From the IMG/VR virus record IMGVR_UViG_3300042389_001675: a stretch of DNA of 64,000 nt; one strand, written 5' to 3'. A model generated the notes under the pieces. That model saw only the letters and a program-made list of their open reading frames with translations, had not been told where the DNA came from and ran no database searches. Below, one piece after another: positions 1 through 12,420 of this stretch (within the stretch, counting starts at the first letter, position 1; each line of letters begins with the position of its first letter). The position numbers were made by a program, and so were the translations under genes. The stretch comes from an uncultured virus (IMG/VR IMGVR_UViG_3300042389_001675) (lineage: Duplodnaviria > Heunggongvirae > Uroviricota > Caudoviricetes).

Positions 1-1744
<1,744 letters not shown>

Positions 1745-2761
1745 TTAAATGCTTTCAGACACAGTGGAGTAAGTGCATGCGATCAGATCAGTCAGATTTA
1801 CATCCACCTTTAAGGTATGATTGGCGGCATCCGGTACAAGCGCAACGCCCGAACCCGTGAATATCACCAGGTTCGGCCCTTGAATCCCGTTTATTGTACG
1901 CAAGACTTCGTTACAGTAGTAATCGCCGCCCAGCAAATTGTTAGTAGCCCCGCGCGGTGGTGTTTCATAGGGAAAAAGTTTCACCTGTTCGCAGGGTTCG
2001 CCTTTGCCTGCGTTGACGACCGCGGAAAACTGAATAGTGGTAGTTGCCGTATTTTGCGCCGCCGTCAGGTTGTAACCGGCACGAAATTTCACATTACCCT
2101 GCAAACACTCCTGCACGATGTAAATGATACCCGTCGGGAAAGACCAAACATTGGGCGGGCAGTCCGCCGGTCGCAGTGCACGGGTGCGATCCGCGTTGGC
2201 AATATTGATAGAAGTGACCTGATTTTGATCCAGGTTTTGAATCAACGCAGGTTCGACAAGTGTTTGGTTTACGTCCGTGCGTAAAATGGTCTGGCCTGTG
2301 TCTAGCCGGGCGGCAACCGCATCCATGGGTCCAGTGACAAGATAGCCGGACCAGAACGGTTCACCGCAAACAGGCAGGGGGACTTCCTGAGATAAGGACA
2401 AAGACTGACTGGACGGCCCAGGGTCAGGAATGTCGCTTTCAGCAAATGTGGTTTTATAAAGCGGATCGCTCAGCAGCCGTGTAAAAATCAAAGGATACCC
2501 GACCATTTTGGGAGCGGTTGTACGGAATTCATAATTGATCTGATCACTGCTTACCCGTGAGACGCTGTACAGAAAAACGGTATGCACGCCTTCCACAAAA
2601 CCGGACTGGGGTCCCAGGACAAACCCGCAATCCGCAATAAATTCATCCGGTAACTGTAACATTGTTACCGCACCTGCTGCAGGCGTATCGACGCCCGCGG
2701 TATTACGCTGAAAGGGAAAGGTGCGGTTGATGTTATCGTTGAAAAAGTTTGGGCGAGGCAT
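1745..2761 (-). CDS. Putative baseplate-peripheral/fibre-attachment protein, paralogue family member 5
   Basis: 338 aa; FFNDNINRTFPF and LRTINGI motifs shared with neighbouring genes. Confidence 0.6.
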   Translation of the reverse strand: MPRPNFFNDNINRTFPFQRNTAGVDTPAAGAVTMLQLPDEFIADCGFVLGPQSGFVEGVHTVFLYSVSRVSSDQINYEFRTTAPKMVGYPLIFTRLLSDPLYKTTFAESDIPDPGPSSQSLSLSQEVPLPVCGEPFWSGYLVTGPMDAVAARLDTGQTILRTDVNQTLVEPALIQNLDQNQVTSINIANADRTRALRPADCPPNVWSFPTGIIYIVQECLQGNVKFRAGYNLTAAQNTATTTIQFSAVVNAGKGEPCEQVKLFPYETPPRGATNNLLGGDYYCNEVLRTINGIQGPNLVIFTGSGVALVPDAANHTLKVDVNLTDLIACTYSTVSESI

Positions 2762-2776
2762 ACAGTTACTCTGCGA

Positions 2777-3583
2777 TTAATTGGTCGGAGTCGAACCTTC
2801 GACATGAAATACCAGGCCATGCACCGTCGTACGTAAACGCAGCGCGGCATCAGGGGCCAGTGCGTCGTTCATTTGAATACTGAAATTTCCTTGCGCGTCA
2901 GGCAGACAAGTGTATGTTGTGTTGCCGTTGACAATCCGCAAGTTTCGCACAGGATTAACCGCCTGGAACGAGGCAGTGTCACCGCAGAGTCGCTGAAGGA
3001 AAAGTGGTTCACCCACCACATCCACGCGGATGGTGGGCACTAGGTTGTTTTCCTTATCCCGTATGGTATTGTCCACGGATAGCACAATACCGTCTTCACC
3101 GACAAACCAGATTTCACCTGTGACGATTTCACCGGAAGGTAACCGAAAACCGGTAACTCCGGCGTCAGGTACCGGCATGACGCAGGTCACGCAGAATTCC
3201 GTATGCTTGCGTTCAAAAGTATGCGTACCCAAGCCCCAGGCGGCCATCAACGAGAGCCGTTCGGCCGAGCTGACCAGAATACCGCCGGGGCGGCCGTAAG
3301 CGTCCACCAGCCGCACGGAATCAGTCGTGAGCGGAAGCGTTAATGTGCCGGAAAGCAGTTGGGCGGTATTGGAATCACCGACGTAGATAGTAAATCCGGT
3401 ACTGGTAACCACCACTTGCGATAGGTAATACCGCCCCGCACCACTGATGGCATAAATATGTGCATCCAGAAACGTACCTTCCAGGAACGTTACGTTACCG
3501 TTGGACAGGCTGGCTGTCGGAATAAACGGGTACTTGGTTGATTCCAGGGAAGCCAGGAATTCAGCGTAGCGGATTTGACTCAT
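2777..3583 (-). CDS. Putative baseplate-peripheral protein, paralogue family member 4
   Basis: 268 aa; EFLASLESTKYPF, GVTGFR, PDAQGNFSI; ATGA overlap with the upstream gene. Confidence 0.6.
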   Translation of the reverse strand: MSQIRYAEFLASLESTKYPFIPTASLSNGNVTFLEGTFLDAHIYAISGAGRYYLSQVVVTSTGFTIYVGDSNTAQLLSGTLTLPLTTDSVRLVDAYGRPGGILVSSAERLSLMAAWGLGTHTFERKHTEFCVTCVMPVPDAGVTGFRLPSGEIVTGEIWFVGEDGIVLSVDNTIRDKENNLVPTIRVDVVGEPLFLQRLCGDTASFQAVNPVRNLRIVNGNTTYTCLPDAQGNFSIQMNDALAPDAALRLRTTVHGLVFHVEGSTPTN

Positions 3584-5214
3584 ACGTAGGTGTTCCAGGT
3601 TACAGACAAGGAAGCGAATGCGGCTTGAGTGCGGCGCGCATACAGCCCGATGTTGCCCACATCGTAACCGTAGGAATACGTGCTGTAAGCAAATACATAT
3701 TCAGGCAGCGACACGGACAAGCTGTTATCCAGGTCTGTCAATTGCGCATAAGTGGTTACTTGACAATTATATATGCCGCCAGAAACATACACGGTAAGTT
3801 TGTACCAGTTACCTAGTATCAATTCAGGTATCGGTACGGTAACGATCGGATTCAATTCCGAGCCGTTAAAGATAAAAAATTTCAAGCGACTGTCGTCGAA
3901 GTCGACAGAATAACCGGTATAGACTTCAGTGTTCGATTCTGAAATTCCGTGATTGAAGATAATGCCAGCTTCGTGCGCACTGCCGTTTTCTCCCGGCAGG
4001 ACTTTAAACACAGTCTCTACTACGCGAAAAGTCCCCGCCAGCAGATAGTTTAAAAGCGATATGTTTGTAAGTGCCTGCGCGGCGACATCCGGCGTTCCGT
4101 AGCAAACGGTAGAAACTGGGCAATTTGCTGACACAGGCGGACTTTCGCCAGTAAAAAATCCCCAGCTTGAACCAGCCGTGGGTGTAAAATCTGCGGCAGA
4201 ACTGCCCGCAAAAGAACTGCAATAAGGCGAGCCTGGAGGATAAGTACCGTTAGCTCCGCAAGGTAAACCTTCAAAGCCAGGCGAAACAGGAACTGGTAGC
4301 GGCACAATCAGATTTTGCGGTAGTTCGTTGGGTAGTAGTCCGGTGGTTAAGTTTGGCAAATATGCCTGGTTGCAACTGCTCGACAACCCAAGGGCGCAGT
4401 CCAGTATCACCCCGCAATCCTGCACATTCCGACCAACAACCGCGCAACCGGCAAATTCCAGCGTGAGTGTGCCGTTACTGTCCGGACCGACGCCGCCAAT
4501 CGTTTCGATCGGCTGCGGATCGCCGCACGATTTGGAACCAACCCGCTTTCCGCAGGGACCTGAAAACTTCTGAAAAACAGAAGTGGTTGTACTGCCTGTG
4601 GCAATACTCTGCGTCTGTTCTATCAAGCGGATAACCACCACATTCTCGTACTCGACGTTATTAATGATTCGAGTTTCTTTGCTGAGTTGTAACGGCGGAG
4701 GTGCGGCTAAATTGACTAATCCCGTCAGCGAATTGGCTACGCCCTCTACGCCGATAGTCTGCACCGGCGGGCGGCGCATGGACCGAGCTGCACGTGGTGT
4801 CAACAGGCTCTGCCGCGGCGTACTGAATTTTCCCGTGTAAGGTTTACTTTGTTTTGCTCCGGAACCCAGCGCGATAAACCCGCCCACACCTTGCTGAAAA
4901 GTTTCAAGGGCATATGTCCGGCCAACGATTAGCTCGGCGTTGGGTAAAGAAATACCGGCAATCAGGGTAGAAGCTACCGGAGAGTTATCCAAGGTATGCG
5001 CGGCTTCAATGAGTAATGTGACTAAATTAGGCGTTACCGTAACTGCACTAATGTAGGCATAATCACCGTAATCGGAAGGCCAGCGTAAGCGCAAATCGGC
5101 AATAATGTCAGATGGTAGCGCCAGGCCTGAATCCGAAAGCGTGGATGCGGTATCGTCCAGCGGATAATAATGCTGCTCGTTGAGGTTGTACCAGTGATTA
5201 TTCCGAATCGCCAT
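3580..5214 (-). CDS. Putative baseplate-peripheral protein, paralogue member 3, with C-terminal beta-sandwich (lectin-like) domain
   Basis: 544 aa; WYNLNEQHYYPL, IETIGGVGPDSNG; C-terminus AGIIF...GNWYKLTV...GNIGL resembles a ConA-type sandwich. Confidence 0.55.
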   Translation of the reverse strand: MAIRNNHWYNLNEQHYYPLDDTASTLSDSGLALPSDIIADLRLRWPSDYGDYAYISAVTVTPNLVTLLIEAAHTLDNSPVASTLIAGISLPNAELIVGRTYALETFQQGVGGFIALGSGAKQSKPYTGKFSTPRQSLLTPRAARSMRRPPVQTIGVEGVANSLTGLVNLAAPPPLQLSKETRIINNVEYENVVVIRLIEQTQSIATGSTTTSVFQKFSGPCGKRVGSKSCGDPQPIETIGGVGPDSNGTLTLEFAGCAVVGRNVQDCGVILDCALGLSSSCNQAYLPNLTTGLLPNELPQNLIVPLPVPVSPGFEGLPCGANGTYPPGSPYCSSFAGSSAADFTPTAGSSWGFFTGESPPVSANCPVSTVCYGTPDVAAQALTNISLLNYLLAGTFRVVETVFKVLPGENGSAHEAGIIFNHGISESNTEVYTGYSVDFDDSRLKFFIFNGSELNPIVTVPIPELILGNWYKLTVYVSGGIYNCQVTTYAQLTDLDNSLSVSLPEYVFAYSTYSYGYDVGNIGLYARRTQAAFASLSVTWNTYV

Positions 5215-5222
5215 GAGTTACC

Positions 5223-6866
5223 TTATTCACAGTTACAACGATTGCAGTAAGGATTAGTCGGATCTACGATTTTGTATTCTGTCTCTTTCACAGAATAGAT
5301 CGGATCGGGCTCAAGTTCCAGTGTCTGCAGTGTTTCTTGAATATCTGCAGGCAGATCCACAAGAGGAAATTGATTGTAGAGGCAGGGATCCCCCGTCGTA
5401 GGATCCGGAGAACGTACTGTCCATGTAATAAACATGTACAGGTTTACTTTGTAACGCCCTTTTGCCAGTCCTTTTGCGTCCGGGAAGCAGTGGCGACCTG
5501 AAAGCGTTGTGGTGGTCTGCGGATCGCTGCGGTTCCATTTAAAGTTAAGCACGTCGCCTCCAGTTGGCTGATAAGTTGTCGGCAGTATTTTAGTTGCCAC
5601 GCCGCAAAAATCATCGCCAATGAAAGAGGCAGGACCACAGTAGTTTGAATTAGGAATAACAGGTAAATCATCGAGATAGGCCCGCCAAAACATCCAGGCG
5701 TTCAAACCAATCAGACAGCACTTTGAGACGTTGCAGAATGAAAATCCCCAGCGTACGTTGCCGTTTCCATCCAGCGAAAGCCGGATATTGAAATTATCTT
5801 GCGCCCGCGCCGCCTTTTGTTCCAGCCAGCGTGCGCGGTTATCTTCATACCGATCGCGGGTGTCCGTGGCCAGGTCGGCTACGTTACGGTAGAGAAACCA
5901 TTGCCGCTTGATACCTTGATAAGTACGGGCAAATGATTCGCAATCGCAACAATTTTTGCAGTTGTTGTTGAATGCAAGGGTGGCGCGGTCGGCGTCTGTG
6001 GCGTAATCAAATTCGCGAGGTTCCAGGTTGGTCAGCATCACTGGACGCTTTATGCGCACACAACCTTCGGCGTCCAGGTTGAAATTATTGTAGTCGTTGG
6101 CCCCGATTCCGTTGATAGCGCGTACGCTGGTATCCGTACAATTTGCAGGTACCGTGCCTTTGCCGTTACCGGGCGAAGCATCCAGGACAATCCGGTTAAT
6201 TTTCCGGGTACCTGGAATTAACGTACGCGTTGCACGCGGCGCCGTCAGATTCAGCACAGGACGCGTCGAGGTCGTCAGGTGGGTTAATTTCATGTTGTAA
6301 CCCTCTGCTAACGCCACTGCCTGTTTCTCCATGTAATTCACACCTACGCGGATCGAGGTGACGCGTTTTGGCATTTTATACCAGCATTCGGCCTGCAGTT
6401 CACCGTTTTCCGGTGTGATGTAATTATCGTAAGTCAGTGTTTGATTGTCGTCGACGTCGGCCTGTGTCCAGGCGGTGTGCATGGTACATCGGCATACCCG
6501 ATCCTCGTTTGTCCATTCCAAAATCAACAAACGATTATCCCAGGGCGTGGCGGTAAAAGTTTCCGCCAGGGTCGAATCGAACACAATCCGGTTTGCGGCA
6601 TCTACCACCAGCAAATCATGTGAGTGCGCCGGGGTTGGTTTGTTCGGCGGCGGCGTGACGCTATTTGTCCCGAAGCCATACAACCAGGAAACCCGTAACG
6701 GATATTCAATCAGGTCCGTCGGGTCGTCAAACGAGACAAAAAAGTCACCAAGCAGGTAAAGAATGTCCGCGGACGGACTGACGAATGGGTAAAGCGAACC
6801 CCCGTTCGGTGGCTGATTGACGGCGATAGGCTGACGACCGCGGTTGTGGATACTCATGATACTCAC
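5223..6866 (-). CDS. Putative baseplate-peripheral Cys-rich protein, paralogue member 2
   Basis: 547 aa; LYPFV, RVTSIRV, VRAINGIG, CKNCCDC followed by a helical segment; ends YCNRCNCE. Confidence 0.6.
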   Translation of the reverse strand: MSIMSIHNRGRQPIAVNQPPNGGSLYPFVSPSADILYLLGDFFVSFDDPTDLIEYPLRVSWLYGFGTNSVTPPPNKPTPAHSHDLLVVDAANRIVFDSTLAETFTATPWDNRLLILEWTNEDRVCRCTMHTAWTQADVDDNQTLTYDNYITPENGELQAECWYKMPKRVTSIRVGVNYMEKQAVALAEGYNMKLTHLTTSTRPVLNLTAPRATRTLIPGTRKINRIVLDASPGNGKGTVPANCTDTSVRAINGIGANDYNNFNLDAEGCVRIKRPVMLTNLEPREFDYATDADRATLAFNNNCKNCCDCESFARTYQGIKRQWFLYRNVADLATDTRDRYEDNRARWLEQKAARAQDNFNIRLSLDGNGNVRWGFSFCNVSKCCLIGLNAWMFWRAYLDDLPVIPNSNYCGPASFIGDDFCGVATKILPTTYQPTGGDVLNFKWNRSDPQTTTTLSGRHCFPDAKGLAKGRYKVNLYMFITWTVRSPDPTTGDPCLYNQFPLVDLPADIQETLQTLELEPDPIYSVKETEYKIVDPTNPYCNRCNCE

Positions 6867-7819
6867 GAACAGGTAAGGCAGCGACGATCGCCCAGACGGG
6901 CACCCAGCACGGTTGAGTTAAAGGTGGCCGTAGTTGCGGCCAGCTGATTGACAAAGGTTTCCAGCGTTGCACGCTGTGCTGACATGTTCTCCAGACTTCT
7001 GGTGATCTCTTCCAGCTCGGGACAACCGCAGCAAGGTTGACTGCAGGAATCCGTCATCTTGATTCCATTGCTGGTGGTGTCGATGGAAAGACAATTGTCT
7101 CCAACCAGGTTGAAATTACCGTCGGTGCCGGGTGCAATTCCGTTGATTGTCTTGATGCAGGGTAACGTCGCTGCTTCACCTTCGCACGAACAGCTTTGAA
7201 TCGTACCTGCACCGCTAATCGCGCTAATGACAATGCGAGTGTAAGAACCGGCGGAGACCGCTGAAAGCTGGATATTGCTTCCGGCTACCAACTCAATATC
7301 GCCGTAGAATCGGTCACTGGTCGCGCCTGTGGCGCTGGCAACACGGAACGACGTAATGCCTTTGATCATTGGCCGCACGACTTGCGGTTCAATACGGGTA
7401 TCTTCCAGGTTGAACGTGAACAAACCGCTGGGTTGTGCCTGCAGGGAATCGATGCGGCCGATTACCACCTTACCCACAATGTCATCAAACGGTTCGATGC
7501 CTCCCAGGGTGAAGACTTTATTACGGATTGTGCTGCCCGTGGTCGGGATAAGCGCAGAAGCTACGTCCATGTACCCTGTATCGGTGGCGTAAGCTACAAC
7601 CAGCTGTACGCCCGAAGCAAATAAACCGACCTGACGGATAAAGAATTGTCCGGTCACCATGTCCATGGCGGCAGACACCGGAATATCCAGGCCAACCAGA
7701 AAATCATTAGGAATTGTGAAAGTCTGGGTGGTGTCCTGCTTGGTAGATTCGGCTGTCAGCGGGTAGCTTCGCTGTGCGTTGTGGTTAAGAAACTCCAGAT
7801 TCCATTGCGACAGCGGCAT
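6863..7819 (-). CDS. Putative baseplate-peripheral Cys-rich protein, paralogue member 1
   Basis: 318 aa; EFLNHNAQRSYPL, CIKTINGIAPGTDGNFNL, CSQPCCGC plus coiled coil; GGAGG RBS. Confidence 0.6.
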   Translation of the reverse strand: MPLSQWNLEFLNHNAQRSYPLTAESTKQDTTQTFTIPNDFLVGLDIPVSAAMDMVTGQFFIRQVGLFASGVQLVVAYATDTGYMDVASALIPTTGSTIRNKVFTLGGIEPFDDIVGKVVIGRIDSLQAQPSGLFTFNLEDTRIEPQVVRPMIKGITSFRVASATGATSDRFYGDIELVAGSNIQLSAVSAGSYTRIVISAISGAGTIQSCSCEGEAATLPCIKTINGIAPGTDGNFNLVGDNCLSIDTTSNGIKMTDSCSQPCCGCPELEEITRSLENMSAQRATLETFVNQLAATTATFNSTVLGARLGDRRCLTCS

Positions 7820-7831
7820 CCTTACCTCCGT

Positions 7832-9649
7832 TTAATCAGCGGTCAATACGCCAATTTGCTGCATGACACCGACTTCGCCGGAATAGGTATCCAGTGTAGC
7901 CGCCGGTGTTCTGGTTATCTTGATATAAATGATATCGCCCGGGGTCACGGCCACCGGATCACTCAGTGCCTCAACCGCCTGATTTGAGGTAATCGTAGCG
8001 GTTGTCGTAATGGCCAGCGCGCTGTAACTCTGCGTGATCGTAATCGGGGTCAGCAGTCCGTTGGTGGGACGAGCCGCCGTGTAATACTCGGCAGTCAGCG
8101 GCGGGAGCGTTCCGGCACTGCGACCTAACAGCCGCAGCCGCAGCCGAAAGCTGGCGTTGACCGGGGCATCCGCAGGCACGTTAAACTTCACGACGTAATC
8201 TGTTGTCGTGTCGTTGGGCATACCCAGGTAAAGTACCGGATAATTTTCTTCAGTCACGCCGTTTAACCGCACCAGCTGGCTTTCCAGCTCCTGTGTGGTT
8301 TGCGTCAATACTCCGATCCCAACCAGCCCCTGAAATACTGTGTTACCGCTGATTGTCTGATTGGATCCGGTAAGTATGACGTTGTTGGATGCAGCATAAA
8401 CTCCCTCGCAGACCGGACCCGAATTAAACACATTGGTGGCCGGATTGAACTGTTTAAGTACCTGCGATCCAGACGTCGTGGTATTACCCAGCATGAATTG
8501 CAGGTTCAGATCAATTTCCAGATTTCCGGTCGACGCCGTGGTATTGGCCTGTCCGGCGCAGGTGATCTGCAAGCGTGGGTCCAGCGACGTAAGGCTGGTA
8601 ACTGTTGCATTATCGGTGGCGAAGCCGACACGAGTATAGTAAAACCGCAAGGAATAATTGCGACTCAGCGGATCACAAAAATCCGCCACTTCGGAGTTCG
8701 TTGCACTGGTATCCAGCTCTGTGGGCCAGGGCACTTCATCGTAACAGTCGCTCATCCACCAGATACCGTTACGATCAATCACGACCAGATCGGACATCAG
8801 CTGCTGACCGTACCAGCGGTGCGTGGTTGACGTATCGTAGACGCTGGGTCGCTGCATCACGATCGCGGCCGATTGCAGCGGCACCGGCGGGTAAAGATTT
8901 TTTAGGGTCAGATCTTGGGACAGGTTATAACCAAACTTGGCACCAGCCGGAGCCAGATCATTGAAACTGGCATGATCCGCTGGAAGCCAACCCGGCAGGT
9001 CAAAATCCGGATTTAAGATGGTGTGCGGATCGCCCGGCGTGGGTGGTGTCACATCTCCGGCAGGCAACATGGTAAGGTTAAAAGCGTAATGTCGGTGGTT
9101 TTCCAGGAAATCCACGAAACGCGGATTTACATACACACCACCTGCATTATCTGTTTTGCACACCGGAATAGTAACTGGCGGCAGCTGACGAGTCATAACA
9201 CCGGCACTGACGCCGGAAAGGTACCAAGTACCTGCCGGTACGCTGCCGTCACCGTTCACTTCGGTGCCGATTGCGTCCGCGATGTCGATTTTTGCATACC
9301 CAAAAAGCAGGATGTCGGCTTTAGTGGCATTAAGCTTGGCGGCAACAATCCCCCAAACCTGTGCCTGGTCGGGAACCACAAGATAACCGGTCGCAGCATC
9401 CGAGACGGCGGCGGCAAAGGCGGCTTCAAACTGACTGGTGGTTGCGTTGTAGTAAACCGGTTGCCCGACCTGCAAGGTACTGGCTACGGTTTGAGCTCGG
9501 GCATAGACCGTCGAACCCAATGCGGCCGCTTGAACAATGTCATAAAGGTAGCGAATATTCTGGTCCAGCTGTGATAGCGGACGATTGGGCGTACCCGGAG
9601 AAACCGGCTCGCCTTCCTGGATAAATTGAATGATTCGTTCATAGCTCAT
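7832..9649 (-). CDS. Putative tail fibre/baseplate structural protein
   Basis: Start moved to ATG 9649 (AAGGAG RBS); beta-rich; NRPLSQLDQN N-terminal motif of the kind seen in fibre-attachment domains; baseplate context. Confidence 0.55.
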   Translation of the reverse strand: MSYERIIQFIQEGEPVSPGTPNRPLSQLDQNIRYLYDIVQAAALGSTVYARAQTVASTLQVGQPVYYNATTSQFEAAFAAAVSDAATGYLVVPDQAQVWGIVAAKLNATKADILLFGYAKIDIADAIGTEVNGDGSVPAGTWYLSGVSAGVMTRQLPPVTIPVCKTDNAGGVYVNPRFVDFLENHRHYAFNLTMLPAGDVTPPTPGDPHTILNPDFDLPGWLPADHASFNDLAPAGAKFGYNLSQDLTLKNLYPPVPLQSAAIVMQRPSVYDTSTTHRWYGQQLMSDLVVIDRNGIWWMSDCYDEVPWPTELDTSATNSEVADFCDPLSRNYSLRFYYTRVGFATDNATVTSLTSLDPRLQITCAGQANTTASTGNLEIDLNLQFMLGNTTTSGSQVLKQFNPATNVFNSGPVCEGVYAASNNVILTGSNQTISGNTVFQGLVGIGVLTQTTQELESQLVRLNGVTEENYPVLYLGMPNDTTTDYVVKFNVPADAPVNASFRLRLRLLGRSAGTLPPLTAEYYTAARPTNGLLTPITITQSYSALAITTTATITSNQAVEALSDPVAVTPGDIIYIKITRTPAATLDTYSGEVGVMQQIGVLTAD

Positions 9650-9663
9650 CCGTGAGTCACTCC

Positions 9664-10242
9664 TTAGCCTAAGGTGATTGGCCATTCCAGCCCAATCTGG
9701 CTGGTTGCAAGTTTTTGCTGCTGATCTTCCGTGGCAAAATAGATGCTACTGTAAAGCAAATCCTGCGTGGCATCGGTGGCATCCACAAACGCGACCAGGG
9801 ACGCACCAAAAACCACCGAGTTGGAAGCATAGGAAAACGATTTACCGTGCACACCCGTCATGCCGCTGGAACGTGCAAAGAAAACCAGCTGGTTATTTGT
9901 GAGCCCTTCGCCTTCCGACAAAATCTGGGTGGCAGTAAGCGGTACACGCAGATAATCCGTATCCGGACTACTGGCCAGGGCGTCGTAATAGGCGACAGTG
10001 CGTGCGCGAGTGAAACTGGGCGGTGACACGGTTGTACCCGGGCTGGCCACGTTTTTAAATTCCAGGTACATGCCGCCGATGCGGTAACGACTATCGCCAG
10101 TGGTCAGCAGTTTACTGACAATTTCTGTCCACTGGTACAAAACCAGGTTGGACTTGAAGTCAGTCACTGGAGTCCAGCAATCTCCTGTCACGCGATGCAG
10201 CCGCGCACGACCCTGTACTGCGTTTTGTCCCGTTACAAGCAT
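9664..10242 (-). CDS. Putative baseplate wedge protein
   Basis: 192 aa, follows the wedge-like gene; synteny only. Confidence 0.45.
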   Translation of the reverse strand: MLVTGQNAVQGRARLHRVTGDCWTPVTDFKSNLVLYQWTEIVSKLLTTGDSRYRIGGMYLEFKNVASPGTTVSPPSFTRARTVAYYDALASSPDTDYLRVPLTATQILSEGEGLTNNQLVFFARSSGMTGVHGKSFSYASNSVVFGASLVAFVDATDATQDLLYSSIYFATEDQQQKLATSQIGLEWPITLG

Positions 10243-10251
10243 GGTTTATCC

Positions 10252-11814
10252 TTAGACACAACGTCCGTTAATTGTCGTGACTCGCACACTTTCCGTGACA
10301 TATCCGTCACTCGGCACCAGATTGTCAAACGTGGTCATACACTGAAAACTCGAAAGTGTTTCTACGTACCCTGGAGTCTGTGCTGTGCCTGGATTCTCCA
10401 GAATAACAGGGGTATCGGCCAGGATCAATTCAACGATCAAAATCATCAAGGTGTGTGGCGGCTGGATTTTGCGCAACTGTTCCACAGGCACAAACGGAAG
10501 TTGTCCGGTACGCTGACTTCCCGGTTTCACTTTGACCACAATTGCGTTGTTTCGCAGAAGATTTGCAGTCAAAAACTGCATTGGATTGATCGTAGTCGGA
10601 AGCGCAGCCGCCGTAGGTTGCCCGACACGTTCAACCCGCTGATCCAGCAGCATCGCCAACGTCTGGTTTTTCGCAATTCCATTTTGGTGTACGTCGTCCC
10701 AGAACTTATCGACGTCAGTAGGGAAACCACCCAGCGGCCAGGATACTTTAGTGTAGCCGTCCACATCCAGCTCAACGGTCAAAGGTGTTTCGGCGTTTTC
10801 AAACGTAATGTCCCCATAAAACCCCCAGGTTAAAACACCAGGGCCGACTGTAATTGCACTGACATCTGTCGACGAAATGGCAGCGCCGCGGTTCAGTTCG
10901 AAGATCTGCAACGAATCCGTTAACGAGTCGCCCGCATGTACCACATCGCCCACCGCAACCAGCGGCGTGGCTGTTTTGGTATAGGAATAAACTTCCCGGT
11001 CGGTGATGACATGTAACCGCTGGCGATCCTGCGTAATGTACTGTACGGTTTCCTCTGCACCGCGTACCAGCGGTACCCCAAAAACTGCCGCCAGGATTGT
11101 CTGCTGTGCCTTGATATTAGTTCCCGTGTTGAAGGCATCAAAGATGGCGTTGATGACTTGCTTGTAGCCTTCGCTGGATTTCAGCTTTAACCGCAGCACA
11201 TACCCGAATTGCTTGTAGACAGTCTGCCAGTCCCGTTTTCCGCGGTATAACCATAACACCAGCTCACGGTCCACGATTTCGCCTGCAGCGTTCAGAATAT
11301 CGCGTTTGGCAATTTGCGTGTTATTGAACGGGTTTTCCCGCAGCGTAAGCGTGGTATCCGTCAACCAAAAATCAATATTCCGTACCAGCGCCACCGAAGG
11401 ATTGGCGATTTGATTAAAAACCACATTCAAGTCGACTAAGTCTGCAGGTTTTGTAACGGCATAAACGGATTGAGGCGGGATGACGCCGTAAGCAAGGTTG
11501 GCGGGTGTTGTGTAGTTAGCGGTTGCCGGTGTCCGGTACTGGGTTAAAAGTCCGGTATCGGTATTTAGCCGAGATTCTCGCACAGTCAGAGCATACCAAT
11601 CATCCTGATGGAAAATTGAAACTTCGTAACGAGACACACTGCGTACCAACTCCAGCAGCTGCGTATAAGTCTGCTGTGCGGCCTGGGCGGTAACCGCAGT
11701 CAAGTCGGAAACCAGCGTGTTTCCTTGATAGGTAGTCGCCCAGAAGCTACCCAGCAGCGAAAGCAGTAAATCCGCGCGGTCCAGATCATTCTGCGGGTAC
11801 TGATAGCGATCCAT
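10252..11814 (-). CDS. Putative baseplate wedge subunit (P2 gpI / T4 gp7 analogue)
   Basis: 520 aa; first structural gene after baseplate-J once the protease cassette is skipped; LRKIQPPHT near the C-terminus resembles the gpI-type P-x-H motif. Confidence 0.5.
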   Translation of the reverse strand: MDRYQYPQNDLDRADLLLSLLGSFWATTYQGNTLVSDLTAVTAQAAQQTYTQLLELVRSVSRYEVSIFHQDDWYALTVRESRLNTDTGLLTQYRTPATANYTTPANLAYGVIPPQSVYAVTKPADLVDLNVVFNQIANPSVALVRNIDFWLTDTTLTLRENPFNNTQIAKRDILNAAGEIVDRELVLWLYRGKRDWQTVYKQFGYVLRLKLKSSEGYKQVINAIFDAFNTGTNIKAQQTILAAVFGVPLVRGAEETVQYITQDRQRLHVITDREVYSYTKTATPLVAVGDVVHAGDSLTDSLQIFELNRGAAISSTDVSAITVGPGVLTWGFYGDITFENAETPLTVELDVDGYTKVSWPLGGFPTDVDKFWDDVHQNGIAKNQTLAMLLDQRVERVGQPTAAALPTTINPMQFLTANLLRNNAIVVKVKPGSQRTGQLPFVPVEQLRKIQPPHTLMILIVELILADTPVILENPGTAQTPGYVETLSSFQCMTTFDNLVPSDGYVTESVRVTTINGRCV

Positions 11815-12142
11815 TCGCGGTTTCCTTGTTGTAGTATTTATCCAGGAACCATTCGATGGCTCGCTTCAGAAATACAGAAATGATCGCCTGCGCCAGTAAA
11901 CTTAAAATCAAGCCGCTAATCACGAAAGAGCAGGCGCGGCGGTAGGCTTCTTCCCGTGTGTAATGCGGATTTTCTTCCAGCGCTTTCTGTACGGCTGTCC
12001 GGGCGGCCATGGCTTCTTTCTGTTTTTTCTGCATGAGTCGTGCTTCACGTCGCCTAAACGGATTTTGGCTGGTTGCCATAATCTGGGCTTCCGAGCACTT
12101 CTCCTTTTCGCAAAACTCAGTAAGTAGCTCATCCCAGTTCAT
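11786..12142 (-). CDS. Small membrane protein (holin-like candidate)
   Basis: 118 aa; hydrophobic stretch FVISGLILSLLAQAIISVFL followed by KR. Confidence 0.6.
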   Translation of the reverse strand: MNWDELLTEFCEKEKCSEAQIMATSQNPFRRREARLMQKKQKEAMAARTAVQKALEENPHYTREEAYRRACSFVISGLILSLLAQAIISVFLKRAIEWFLDKYYNKETANGSLSVPAE

Positions 12143-12420
12143 GACGGTTTAATCTCGATGTTGACGGGAGAATTATCGACTTCCAGCTTGATCCCGTCGC
12201 CCTGCGCTGTCATGGAAGAAACGGTAGTCCGAATCTTGACCGGACCGACGTTGACCGTCAGCTTGGGCGGCGGGTTGAATGTCATGACCCCGCTGTTGAT
12301 GCGGATGTTTTGCACCGAAGAGAAATCCAGCGCAATGCCGTTTTGTTCCAGTTTACCCGTTTCCAGCAGGGAACTGAGCAAACGATAAATCGCGTCCGGT
12401 ATGGTGATGGGATAATTCAT
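12139..12420 (-). CDS. Hypothetical protein (93 aa)
   Basis: Start at ATG 12420 via ATGA overlap with the upstream stop. Confidence 0.7.
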   Translation of the reverse strand: MNYPITIPDAIYRLLSSLLETGKLEQNGIALDFSSVQNIRINSGVMTFNPPPKLTVNVGPVKIRTTVSSMTAQGDGIKLEVDNSPVNIEIKPS

